Below are positions 1 to 13,600 of a DNA stretch of 64,000 nucleotides, one piece after another; positions within the stretch are counted from its first letter, which is position 1, and every line of letters starts with the position of its first letter. The DNA comes from Lingula anatina. Lineage: Eukaryota > Animalia > Brachiopoda. The DNA lies in the NCBI GenBank assembly GCA_051362555.1, contig CM120641.1:10416001-10480000 (forward strand). Direction: 5' to 3'. The translations under genes and the position numbers were made by a program. The notes under the pieces are model-generated. The model was given only the letters and a program-made list of their open reading frames with translations. It was not told where the DNA came from and did no database searches.

Positions 1-271
1 GGAAACGAAAGGGGGGTTGGACTGGTTGCAGGTTTGCAAAGTATAGATAACCTCTATACACGACTTGCCTTTAAACGCCCTTAAAGGACGAGTTGTGTAA
101 TTGATTGTCACCACGTGACCTGAATAAAGAAAGATTAAGATAAATTAAAATTGAGACTCTAAATGTAAAAGGCCTTAAAGGCGTTATACGAACGTCTCCC
201 TTGCCAGAAGTCTTAGTTGTGAGATATCGTTGTGACCAATACAAGACCAGTACAGGTGGTTGACTGGGAGG

Positions 272-1278
272 CCACAGCCTGCATTGTGGTAGTTGCGACG
301 GTTGTGCTCCACAAACTAATAGATGATCTTATCAGTTTTTAAATCAATTATTTAACTGCTTTAAACATATTTTTATTTGGAATTGGTGCCTTTAAATAAC
401 AAGGCTTAACGCCATTTCACCAATAAATCACATTTTATAGCCTTGCGGGTATGTTAATCATGAAAACTAGCAAAAACCCAGATATGAACTGAAATGGCAC
501 TTATTTGCATGATTGTGTTTGCCGGCTTTCCGACTTGGCTATATTTGATCCAAATTTTCATCAACTATGCACCCGATCAAGCAATAAACGGTTTATATTA
601 AGAAACAAATAATCAAAACTCATACAGAATCAATACTGATGGATTTATCTTGTGATATGCACTCTAAGTAATAAAAAACTGCACAGAAATCAAATTACAA
701 TTTATAAAATACTACCACAAATACCAAATTGAAAACTGGGAGGAGCGAAGCACATTGCATATGTTGTAAAAGATCTTTGGCTAGAAAGGCGTAACATGCG
801 TCACTTTAAATAGCATGTCTTTCGGTACTTATAATAGTTTTTATAAATAGGAATTCGCCTTCTTAGCATATATTTTGTTATTAAAAAAATATCAGATAAG
901 ATATATGCAATGGTCTTGCTTTATTATAACCCCTGACGATATTCTACTGAACAAAAGCTGTAAATTGTCTTACTGGATGCGTAGTTAATGAAAATTTTGA
1001 TCAAATATATCCAAGTCAGACAGGCGGCAAACACAATCATGCAAATAAGAGCCATCTCAGCTCATATCTGTAGTTTTGCTAGTTTGCGTAATTAAAATAT
1101 CTGTAAGACTATAAAATGTGATTCATTTGTGAAATTGTGTTAAGCTTTGACAATTAAAGGTGTCAATTTTAAGTAAAAAGATGTTAAGATCAACGAAATA
1201 ATTTATTGAAAAACTGATATGATCTCCACCAGGTTATGAGGATCACAACCGTCGCAACTAGCACAATGCAGGCTGTGG
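272..1278. mobile_element. Non-autonomous foldback/MITE with imperfect terminal inverted repeats of about 300 bp
   Basis: 272-~575 is the reverse complement of ~970-1278 (CCACAGCCTGCATTGTG...CACAATGCAGGCTGTGG; TTATTTGCATGATTGTGTTTGCCG versus CGGCAAACACAATCATGCAAATAA); no ORF; TSD not clear. Confidence 0.8.
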
Positions 1279-1311
1279 TGTAAATGCACAGGCATCATGA
1301 TCTGATAGACT

Positions 1312-1346
<35 letters not shown>
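1312..1346 (+). repeat. Poly-G homopolymer (35 nt)
   Basis: Direct count. Confidence 0.9.
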
Positions 1347-1347
<1 letters not shown>

Positions 1348-2344
1348 GCACGAATGCAGAGAATGATGGACCAGTCCTTATTTATTGAATATTTGCGTCA
1401 TTAAATATTGCACTGTTACTTAATAGCAGAGATGCCAATTATATGTCATAGACCAACGTGTCAGACAAAACGCCCGTCATCCTGTCTCTAAATACAAAAT
1501 GCAAGATTTCCAGAAAAGACGTTTCATGCTTGGGAAAAAAAAAAGGCTCCTTCAGAAATATTTTCGTTATCTACTGCTGCAAATAAACTACAGTGACCCA
1601 TATTGTTTAATATGCAAGATCAGCATGGTTACATTGAAAAGTATGCTAACCGATCTATTGAGGCTATTTTAAATTGTAGAGAGCGCAACACAGCTTTTCT
1701 GTATTCTACTCAACACAAGGAGGCGAGTTAATCTGTCAATCTGATTTCATTCAGAGAGAGTTCCCGCAGAGTTTAATCTACCTTAGAAGAATAGTTTCAT
1801 TGGGAATGGAGCCCTTAGTCTGAACTAAATGTACATACCAAGTATGGAGGCCCCTACTAATACATATATTGGTTTTGTTTTGATGTTTTTACTGTATCTT
1901 ACTGTGAAGAGCAAACATTAAGTTGTGATTAATGTGTAAGGGTCCAGTTAATAAATAACTAAGGGTGAAAAAAGTCAAATTAATGCCCTTTTCTCAACTG
2001 AACCTGGTCTGTTGGAGACCCAGCAAAGGCCAGATAATTTCCCAGCGGAATCCATTTATGAAAGTTTCTTTTTGGGCCAAATTCCAAAAAGGCTGACAAT
2101 GCTTTTCAATATTTTGGCATACCATCGGAACACGATGAAGGGAGAGTGGGAATGAATAAGAAAGGCTATAAACAGATGCTTGAAACAAAAAGACATCATT
2201 CCGTGGACACCATCACTCTCTTTCTATCCACTTTTACCATTCTTCTTCATACAAATCTTGCATCCAACACTGTAACAATTTTACATGTCATTTTTTAAAT
2301 AAACAACTCTTACAAAACATGCATAATCAAGATATAATAACAAA

Positions 2345-2350
2345 TTTATT
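2345..2350 (-). terminator. Probable polyadenylation signal of SIPA1L (3' UTR of about 1.9 kb)
   Basis: AATAAA on the minus strand followed by a T/GT-rich downstream tract; other AATAAA copies exist in the UTR. Confidence 0.45.
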
Positions 2351-4281
2351 CAATGATATGAAGCTTCAGGAGATTGATGTCATATTTACAACGTCCATGA
2401 CCAATGAGTGTTGCCTAAATAATACAAATGACTGTACACAAATACAAATACAAACAAACCCTCCTGGTCTAATGTACTATGGAGGAGGATAACACAAATC
2501 CTGACCCAGTCTGACACAATTAATTAATTTACAAATGATATGATACACTGTGACTGATGTCCATTCATAAGATAAAACATATTCTAAGAACCGAAGACAA
2601 ATATCTAAAAGGCATAGGAGTGAAATATTAGCATGAAATACTCAATAAAAATGGATTTTGCTAGAGTTTTCTATATTTAATAACTTATCTTAACTTTAAT
2701 AAATGTATGATATCAAATTTCAAACCTTTTTCTAGAAATAAGAAAAAACTGGTTCAAACATGGCATATGCAAACCATTTTATGCTTATCAGTCAAACAAC
2801 TTCCTTATTTGATACAAAAAAGGAACTCCATCCTAATGCCATTAAGATACATGCATTCACATACAACTGTTATTTCTGCCTCTGCCTTACATTAAATGAC
2901 TCTACTGCCATTAGAGGTATCTAGCGTCACATATCAGTTTTAATTTCAATTTTTTTACTTGTTAAATATGCAATCCAAACTCCTATCATATTTACCCTGA
3001 AAGTTGGGATATGACAGTATAATACAAAGGTGGTAAACACACCAACTATCACATCTGAAATCAGTCAGTCATGCAGCACAGGTCTCATGGCCCTCTAGGT
3101 ACACATGTTAAGAAAATCAATTCTAAACCACTGAAACAAGAGAGTTTCTTAAACAATTTGGTACAGATTTGGTGGCAAATGAGGATGGTGAAGATTCATT
3201 TGAATGCTTGTTGAATGCAATATTTCACAAATATATAATGCACCCCTATACGAAATACATGTAGCACTTTCAGAATCTACATGGATGAATAAATATAATA
3301 TTCTTCATGTTTCAAAGTTTTCAAAAAAGTTGCAGTGTCAGTTTTTTGAATGAATAGACCATGTTATATAACGCTTTGAAATATGAAATGCCATCAACTG
3401 TAATTTATTTTGGTACACAGTATATATTCAAGTAAGATGCTTAAACCACTGACTGACATTAAAAAAGAAAAAATCTGTTTATACCCCATTCCCTATGTCA
3501 AAAAAAATTAAAAATAAAAACACAACATTACCCTTTGATATCTACCAAGATTCCACTGACTTCCTAAAGATTTCAGATTTCTTAAATATTGTGAATAAAG
3601 ATTGACAGAATACCTCACAGACAATGACTGATATGAAAAAAATATATATACACAATGAAAAAGATGATATGATGCTGAGTACCACTTGAGATTCTGGGTG
3701 TACTATACGTGATTCTTCAATAAATCTACAACATGATATCCTCAGTTCTAGCAAGTGTACAGTGTCTAAAAATTATGTACTGATGTCTTAAAATGAGACA
3801 TTTTAAAATGATAACAATAAGCTTGCACAAAACCAATGAAACTCAAAACATTTATCAAACATTTAATTAATAAGCAATAAACTCCTGTAATGAAACTCAT
3901 CATTTCACACAAAAATAGTCATAATCTTGATGTCTCAACAAAAATGCACAAATTGAGTTCATTGTCATGTATGTTGCAATGACAATGTCTGGCACCTTCT
4001 TGTATACTGGCAACTACCATTTTAATTGATGGCTAAGCAAAGTTAGTCAAATCAGTCATAGTTTTTTTTTTTTTTTTTTTTGGATAAAAGTTCATTTTGA
4101 TTGTTTTTTGAGTCAGAAATATGCTGTCCTCTAAACTACTCCATCACTTGCGGCTTTGCTGGATTCTTTATAAATATTCATACCATCTATATCTATTTAA
4201 TTAAAAAAAAAAAATTGAAGTCACACATGTTGTCATAATAGGTAGTGGTAGAAAACTGTGATATGGCGCTCTCTCTCTCCG

Positions 4282-4425
4282 TTACTGTCTGTCAATGGTA
4301 TTAAAGAACCATTCTGTGAATTTCCGTAGCTGTGCAGCTGCAGTTTGAGATTCTTCCTGAAGGCGTAAATTGTCTTGCCGTAGCTGCTGGACCTCCATCT
4401 GCAGAGCGTCTTTATCTTGTCTCTC
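4282..4425 (-). CDS. SIPA1L: SIPA1L canonical terminal coding exon
   Basis: [47 protein letters not shown] then TAA; family-typical C-terminus. Confidence 0.94.
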   Translation of the reverse strand, partial: ERQDKDALQMEVQQLRQDNLRLQEESQTAAAQLRKFTEWFFNTIDRQ

Positions 4426-7400
4426 CTGCGTAAGAGATGAGAAAAGTCAAATATACAGAGTAAAAGATAACCCAGGGGGGAAGAGAAGAATACTTGTAGT
4501 AACCCCCCCTGAGTTTCCTACTGAAGAAATGTTAGTGAGTGTCAGTGAGCTGTCTCTCAAAAGTGGTGGTTTGAACCTCTGAGTCCAAAGCGACAGAGTT
4601 GCATTTGGCCACGCCTGTCGTTGTTATACAGGGCTCTCAGGAGGAGTAGATTTTCTTGTTTCAGGTGTTCAATTTCACTTTCCAACCCCCGTTTTGCTCT
4701 TCTTTCCTGTTATAAGCAAGAAATGGTATAATCAAGGTCAGCTCATACTGGTGAAGCAATTTGTACATTCTTGTCTTGTTTTTTTTTTTTTAATTCCTCT
4801 TTTCATATTACCTAGGCGTCACTCAAGATGTTTTGTAGAAAAAAAATGACCCTCTAACTATATAAAGGATCATCAAAGTTTCCAAAAGAACTTAAATCTC
4901 ATGCATTTTAATTTCTGTTACTGAGTAAACTTTAAAAAAATGCAAAATGGATGAAGAACAGAAAGCAACACAAAATGATGATGCCAAATGTCTAAGAATC
5001 TACAATTGTCACAAAATGCACCCAATGATAGAGCATAGACCTTGATTGCACACAGTTTGCTCAAGTTGCTGACAAAAGAGAAGACAGTTTCACACTTAAA
5101 GAAAGCAGGACATACCAGCTCATCTTAGGGCTGAAACAGAAGTTAGGACATCACAGTACATACTCTGTATAGATTAGACTAAATGAGCAAGAGTAAGAGA
5201 AGTGGGGGGTGGGGTACTGGGGGTGGTAGATGGAAGGGGGACAGAGAGGAGGGAGGCATTGCAGGCTAGTTGGATCACTCCAGAAACACAATACAGTAAA
5301 TGCTAACTACTATGCCAGTATGCTTTATATGTTCCATCAACCACATTTGAGGATGATTGCATTTTCATTTCTATTAACACTAATCAAATAATCAAAACAA
5401 AATTAACCATAAATGAATACTGCAATGAATAAACAAACACTTATTAGAGTGGCTAGGTAGTTACTTTACAATAGCATACTGGGTTTATACAAGTAGCCTT
5501 TTACTTTCTATATTAATTCTATTTTCAAAGTTAATGCCAACTTTACACTCTATATGTTAAAAATGTTTTCAAATTAACAAAGCTGCCTGAAACCCATGCT
5601 TTATATATTGTAAACTTGGGAGAGATACTAGTTAGAACAGCCACACAGTAGCTTTACAGGGGTCACACATTTATCAAAACTGAAACATGCTCTTTATGTA
5701 ATAAAAGAAAAATAAGTTTGTAAGCTGGGAAGAGGTATTTCATTTTATTTTCAAAGGATTGGATTCAGGCATGCTCTTCTAGTTTTTTTTAGCCCATTTC
5801 TAAATATTAACAAATTTTCAGTATCTTGGACAAAAGATTTTGTTGTCGAAGATCATAACCTTTCTTTGCAGCAGTTCTTTTACATATAAATATTATACAG
5901 TTTCCCTAAGAGGCAGTGCTGAAAGTAGAAAATTTCAGGCAGTTTTAACAAACATGCTTCTTACTTTCATTTCATATTGCTTACCTTGTCTAACTCTTGC
6001 TGCAACTGCACACATCTGGCCTCCAGCTCCTGTACCCTCTGTGCCGAGGCAGGTGGGACTGGGCGCCAAGGAGTGCTGTAATAACAATCAGAAATACCTG
6101 TCACAAATATATGTGTTCTCCTTGATAATGAAGCCATTTAGTTATCTGTAGTTCCCTTAAAGGTAAGCTTTTGGTCAAATGAAAATATTTTATATTTTTA
6201 GTGGCAAAGAGAGCCTTTGAAGTGTGTGTGTGTGTGTGTGCATGTGTGCATGCATGCATATATCTTATCTCTATCATTCTGTGCTCATAACTTCAACAAT
6301 TTCAAACCATATTTCATTGATCTTAAATCATTTTAGATAAGTCAATAAATTCAATAAGTGTTTTTCTTATGGCAGTCCAAAGTATTGGTCATACTACAAG
6401 TAAATTTTTTTAAACTCCAAAGAGTCTTTAATAAATGTATGACTAACGTTCTATCAAAAGCATAGCTTTATGTACCACAATTATAATATTCTGCTGCAAA
6501 AGGCAAAATGACATATTGATCAGGTAGAAATTTAGAAACCAGAGCTCTAATCTCCACATAATCATTCCCTCCTTGTTACCTTGGGTTAGCTTGTCTTGGC
6601 AGGTGCCGGTCATGAGATGTATAGCGCCCTCTGTCTCCCAATCTCCCTGCATCTCCTCCTCCTCCATGGTCATCAGGCATCTCTGCTGAATCACTGAGTG
6701 CTACACCACTGTCTGACTTGTCATTATTGACATCCAGTGCTGCAAATAAAAAATAGAAATCAAATTTAGGAGTAATTAACCCAGACTTGGACTGTACATA
6801 TGATATATCATTGTAATTATAATGCCCCAAAACTTATACCTATGTTCAAATACATATTGCCAATGTTCAGCTTCAGGTAAACAAAACAAATTACTTTTCT
6901 CACTGCTTCAGTTCAACTGAAGTAGATTGACATTTACATGAAGACAAAAAAAATAAGGATGTCCAATTAAAATCCAACAGCAACTTCAATGAGACAACAT
7001 TCCCTATTTGTTAACTGGTCAACAATGAAAATGGCTGCTGGAGCACCATATGTTCTGAGCTCAACTCATCTGCTGGAAGCTAGCTGGCACAAGCAGGAAG
7101 ACATCCAAGGACAACATATTCTATATCAACACTCCATGTACAAATATACAGTTCTCAAATGATTGCCCAGGAAACTGTTTCAACCAAATGTAGAATAACA
7201 TTTCATACCTGAGAGAACAGCTAGTCTTTTTCTACATGCCAGTTCAGCTGAGCATGTGACAGCTGCTGGTCCCAAGGTATTCAACACACACACACATCAA
7301 AGCAATGGAAATCTATAACTGGATGTCGAATACCTCAGTATATTACTGAGGGTTTTAAATGCCGAAGTGGTGAACGCTTACAAATGCTGAATATATTTTA

Positions 7401-8867
7401 CACGTATGGGAATATGTTGGCTGTGTCTTAATGTGCCACTGTTTTTAGTCACTTTCCTTGAGAAAAGGTTGCACTTTGTAAACAGCAAAGTATAGCAGCA
7501 TTCAAATAAAATAATTAATTAAATGAATTAATGATACCAGAAAGAATTAATCTAAAAGTGTGGTGATGTTGCTCGCTTGCCTCCACTTGAATGCATATTT
7601 TGATCAATACAGGTTTATAATCTAAATTTGTCACAAAGACAATGAAAGAGACATCCTTTTCATGCTTTTAAAGGTACCTTCTTGCATCCAATTTTATACC
7701 AAATATCCATTCACATACACAAGAATGTTTTCTCAAAACTTCTACATAAAAACATCTACTCACTTAATGTGACAAAATCAAATGTCTGCACTACGTAAGT
7801 ATGCTGAAATTCTTGCTGCTATTCCTTTTTCTGTCTTTAAGTAACTACAGACATAACGTCGAGTGCTGTTTCATTAATGTGATTTATATCTTTACATGCT
7901 TCACAGCATGGCACACAGATACAGTAATGCCACCTTGAGGGTAGAACAACACAAAGTACACTAATGGCAGCTAGGGTTATCCGTAATTGCCCAATAACGA
8001 AGCCTGCATTGTCATACATGTTCTAACTAATAAGATGCCACATGCATCATTTTTGTCCTAGAACAACACCTTGAACAATATTTATTCCCCACAGACATCT
8101 AGGAAAAAAGTCCCTAAGAACAGAGAAACTACATGTCTATAAATGGTGCCCACAGCTGGCAATGAACACCATCATTTGTATTGGCAGCTTGAGCTATTAT
8201 TAGATCAATGTCTCATCTGACACAGAATGTCGCCTTGACCTTAGCGCATGTTATGCAAATAAATCATACGCAATTATGATGAGAAAAAATGAACAGCTGC
8301 AACTTAATAAGTGTGTGGTAAAGGAAACGGAGATGAAATACTAATAAAAATATAATGAAGTATATATGTATTGGAAAAATCGATTTAAAAATAACTGTCA
8401 GTGAGAAATGGAGCCCCATTTGTTCTTTCCCTTTACCTCTAATTGAAAGGACATCAATACATTCTGTAATGATGAACTACCCGTAAACTGCATGTCTAGG
8501 CAACTTCTTACTATGTAACTTAACACACACACACACATACACACACACACACACACACACTCATGCCCTTTGTTTGGCAAGTACTCATGCTACTATTTAA
8601 GTGCATAGCTACTTGAGAGCCTCGTCTTTAAACTTGTTCCACCCACACAGACTTAACAGAACAGGAGCTGTGTATATAGTCTACCAGGTAAACCACCTGT
8701 TTTTCACCTGTTCATTGTTACATATGATGACCTTATCTGCTCCATTCTGTGGACCTGGATTGTGCTACATGAACAACTTTCACATTTTCCATGGTGCATG
8801 TCATGTATGTGCATGTGGATACGCCTGCATGCTTGTATCTGTGTTAACATATGAACGGGTGCATGCC

Positions 8868-8957
<90 letters not shown>

Positions 8958-10498
8958 TCAGTCCATAGGCAAGTCCCTGTGTGTATAAATAATGTAACCC
9001 ATGTAATTTACCTTCACTCTTAAAATTCAGACCTCATATATGGAGTTGTCCTGTTAACTGTCAACGTGAAGATTGCCATTTCAATATTTATATCCTAAAA
9101 TACTACCTGTTTTAAGTCCTCGCTACTTTGCCCTACATAATAAACGCCTAGTTACACAAGGTCCACAAATCAACTTCTGAGTTTAAGTAAATAATTTGGT
9201 TTCAAAATCTTTACCTGAACTAAATGTAAGAAGCTTACAGTAAATGCTTATAGCTTGCTGCTGAGGCTTTGACAAGTCTCTAAGCCTACTCCAGCCCACC
9301 TGAACAAGCAGGTCTTCTAACCAGCCTACCCTCTTAATGATGGCGGCCTTGGTGACATAAAAGCTGTGTTGGATTTGTACAAGGCCATTCCTGGGGCAGC
9401 TTATACTTCTTGTCAATTCAACTTCAAAGCAGCCTATTAAGCTATCTTATTACAGGTGTCTGGTCGGAAGGGAAATTTAAAGCAACCATGCTTATTAAAA
9501 CATGACTTGTGTCCCTGTGCTATATTTTTTTTCTTGATTTTTTAATTTCTTTAATGTGGGTCATGAAGTATGACAAAGGTGGACAGACTTTGAGCCAAAT
9601 TTGCTTAATTTTATGGTACTTTTAAATGAATATGTTTCCATATGTCAAAAAACCCACTGATTTTCTCTTTAATATGAATAGTCATTTATATGTCAAAGCA
9701 AAAAGCAAGAAAGTTGAAAGGGACAAACCATACTGCAGATACTTCACTCTAAAAGTTCTTATTTTAATTGTAAAAATTCCTGCAACTGAATCATACATCT
9801 ACCACAACTTATTATCAATGACATGTATATTATGATATTCTTAACCAAACACTTTCATGACTTGCTTAAAAGGGTAGGATACAATATGCATGGCCATGCC
9901 AGCAATTGCAGCAACAATAGTCTAACTCAAAAACTGAAGGACACTCTAGTGCAACCTTGAGATTTCAAATTCATTGTTTAGCAAATAATAATCTACTTCA
10001 GGATACAAGTCTGATTGTTTCAAGTCAATATAAGACCCGATGGTGACATGGCTTGAAGACAATGACAGTAATGAAATATGTGAAAGCTGCCTCCGCATGT
10101 TTCTTTAAAAAATTTGTGGTATGCCATGCCTGCATAGTTGGCAGCATTTATGAACTGCTGCATCATAAAGCCCTCCTTTACTTGATGTCCCATCATGCAT
10201 GTATGTCTTTTCTAGGAATCAATCAAATAGTGGTTTGGGAGTTGGACACAAAAGCAGCATCTTAGGAGCATGGTTGCATAAAATGACTGTTAACTATATT
10301 GTCACCAAGATCATTTTATTCTTAATCCTATGTGGGTTTAAAAACAATGACTGATCCTTTAAACATACACACACTTGGATAGACACAAATACCATATGAC
10401 CTACTCATATTTTAAAGAATTTCATGGAATTTTATAGGTCTAAAATCGTACTGATAGAAAAAATGAGAATATTTTCTAAATATTACAACAACAACAAC

Positions 10499-10557
<59 letters not shown>

Positions 10558-10613
10558 TCGTACTGATAGAAAAAATGAGAACATTTTCTAACTATTACAA
10601 CAACAACAACAAC

Positions 10614-10653
<40 letters not shown>

Positions 10654-13600
10654 TGATCATGAGAGGCATGCTTCTTCACTTGTACATAATGTAATACTAT
10701 GTAATACTACTATTCTTGCTCAAAAATTGACACAAAATACTCAAGGAATGTAACTATTCATTTGCCATAAGCAATGTGAAGAAAAATTTGCAATAAACAC
10801 TTATATGGTAATTCTGACTTGAAATTTGATAAATATAATGAAGTGCTCACCAGTAATTGACAGAACATTGCAAATTATCACAGGCCAATTTTGTGAACTT
10901 ATTTTTTTATTTCACCCAAAAACTCTCCTATGGCCCCCTTAATTTGGAGTTGTCACACCTCTAAACATTTGGTGACTGACATTTCAACTTATAAAGTTGT
11001 GTATCTTTAGTAAATATACATGCAACTGGCAACACTTACTTTCAAATGCCTTATTGGCTGCATCTACTAGGTTGTTCCAGTCCAATCCTGACGCAGCATC
11101 TGGCAGAGGGAGGATGGGGCTGTTACTGGAATGGCCATCTCGTTTGTGAAAGCTGGTGGTCGCACGTGGAGACAACCTACAATGTTACACAAATTACTAT
11201 AAATACTGAACTTTTTGCTTTAAATAACCTACAAAGGTTTGCACATTAATAAAGGCATTGGAACTTTCATTTTTCAGTGGGAACCTTCGTATCATGTCAG
11301 TTCAGAAGTCATTTCATTCATTAAGAATTTATTTTTCCTGCTTCTATAACAATCAATCAAGACAGTATGTGATTGTGTGCAGGAACATTGTTCTTTCCAT
11401 CAATCTAAGTTAGTTCCCATCCTTATTATTATTATTATTTTCCATTACCTTCTATTTTTCTACCTTTCTTCTGATTTGAGTGTCTCTCTCTAGTGATACG
11501 TCTGTCTGAATCAACATCCCCATATAACCTAATATAACACCTGGAGTCTCACCTTTGTTCCTTGGAGAGTTCCTCCCTCCTGGTGGATATCACCTGAGCT
11601 GGTACAGCAGTGGTGAAGATCACATCACTGCCGAGCTGCATGTCCATTGGAAGTAGAGACTTGCCACGCACTGGAGGTCCCCCACCTGCCAAACTCTCAT
11701 CCGACAGTGTGCGCTGTAACCTGGCTCCGCGCTTGGCTGAAAACTGAGCCTGAGGATTTGTGCCCTTGAATGTGAGTAAATAATAGTTGGTGTGGGTTTT
11801 TAGTCTCTCCATTCATTATAGCAGAAAAGCAACAGGAATGTCATGCTTTATTTTTGCATCTAGTGACAGATGGATTCTCAAGGCTCTTTGTTGAACATAA
11901 GGTCACATATAAGAGACAAACCAAAAGCAATCATATGTACACCACAATGTTATTCAGAAACTTTGTCTAACAATGTAGGAAAGAAATCAAGAAAAAGATC
12001 CTATCTTCCTTCTTCTATTTATTAATATGAATCCCCCATAACACAGTTCAAGAGAGATGATTAAAGATATCATATATCTTGTTATAATTTTTATGCCAAA
12101 TTGGTCACATTATCAATTTTTTTATAACCCACCTTATTTTGACGAATCTCTGCATCTGATACATCAGGGTCTATGAGCCTCATAAGTTCCTCTTGGAATG
12201 ACATTGTTGATTGGCTGGTTGGCTTTGGAGGCAGTCCCTTAGGTGGCAGTGCAGACACTCCTGGTCTTAAACGTGCTGAGAAGGAATCATCTGGCACTTG
12301 AGCATTTCTAGAAAAACAAAACAAAACAAACAAACACACAAAGATTATCATTTGTTAAGAGAATAATAGATACAAAATCCCCTTTCAGGAAAAAAAAAAA
12401 AAAAATACACCTGAGACTATATCTATAGGCTTTTTTTTATCTAGCTTCTTGCCTTGGTGAGGTGTGTGTCAAGAAATAATGTAGAGCAAGGAAAGAAAAA
12501 ACATACACCCCCCTAATGAATTTCTATTTATATAACTACATTTATATAACTGCACTTGTAAACAAAACAACCTTGGATCTGGTTGTCTAGACACTTAAGA
12601 CAGCATTTCTCTTTGAAATAGTAAATATCCACATAAAAACAAGACATACAATGTGCATGTTAATGACAAATTTCTATTTGCACACAAGTCAATGCATACT
12701 AAAATTCTAAATAAATAAATAAATAAAAAATAAAAAAATTAATAAAGTAATAATAATAATCTGATTTATATAGAATGACCTGACATCTCTTTTATTAGAT
12801 CTCCACCCCTTAAAGAAGAGAAGAATTTCATCAGCTGTGTTAAGTTACAAGAATGATGTGATTTTTTCTTCATTGGAAATATTGGAACCTATCTCAATAT
12901 TAGCTGTTGACTGAAGAAAAAATAACATCATTCCACCCCTTAAAGCTTTTATAATCTAACAGAAATTGTGCGAGCTTCATGGGAAGTATTTTAATGATTA
13001 TGTGCTGCCTGGTTCTTGAATGTTTCAATGATGCTAAAAAAATAAATGAATAAATACCAAATTACAACTGCTACTAACACCAGAAACAAATTTCCATATT
13101 CACCTGCATCACTGGCCTAGCTATGCACACACAATAAATAACTAGGAAAATAAATTATAAAAATAGTGGAATATTTATGTCAGCATGTACAAAGGGAGGG
13201 GCTGGGAGTGGGAATGGCAAGTAGAATTTTATCCCTTCTCTGATGCCATATTACCCACTCACTGTTTCGTATGATAAATCTTTTTTAATCAGACAGAAAA
13301 ATCATCTTTATCAGTAAAAGTTGATTTGCTGTCAACAACCCAGTACATTTATTCATTAGATCTATAAAACCAATAGACAGCTCCACTGTCCATTACTACA
13401 TATATCCTAAAGACTTCATTGGCATCATGCCAACCCCTATACACGTGAAACATTATCAGGCAATTAATAGATGACAATTACTATAATGCTTTAGTCTCTT
13501 GCCATTTTTATCTCTCTTCCCCGTGAAATTCTCACATCTAAAACGCAGTTTAACAACCAATTTCATATTGAACAACCTATCAACAATTATGTGAACTAAC

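Noticed and set aside
1-270. CpG-containing segment with AATAAA and short repeats, possibly an LTR end
   Set aside because: Truncated by the window edge, with no TG..CA pair, PBS, PPT or coding remnant visible
3757-4006. TACAGTG start and a small hairpin (3960-3987) in the SIPA1L 3' UTR, suggesting a Tc1/mariner MITE or SECIS
   Set aside because: No convincing matching inverted terminus, no SECIS geometry, and no in-frame TGA in the CDS
8398-10679. ORFs with CVCVCV, ERERER or poly-L/poly-I runs
   Set aside because: Translations of (TG)n, (AG)n and (TAA)n microsatellites
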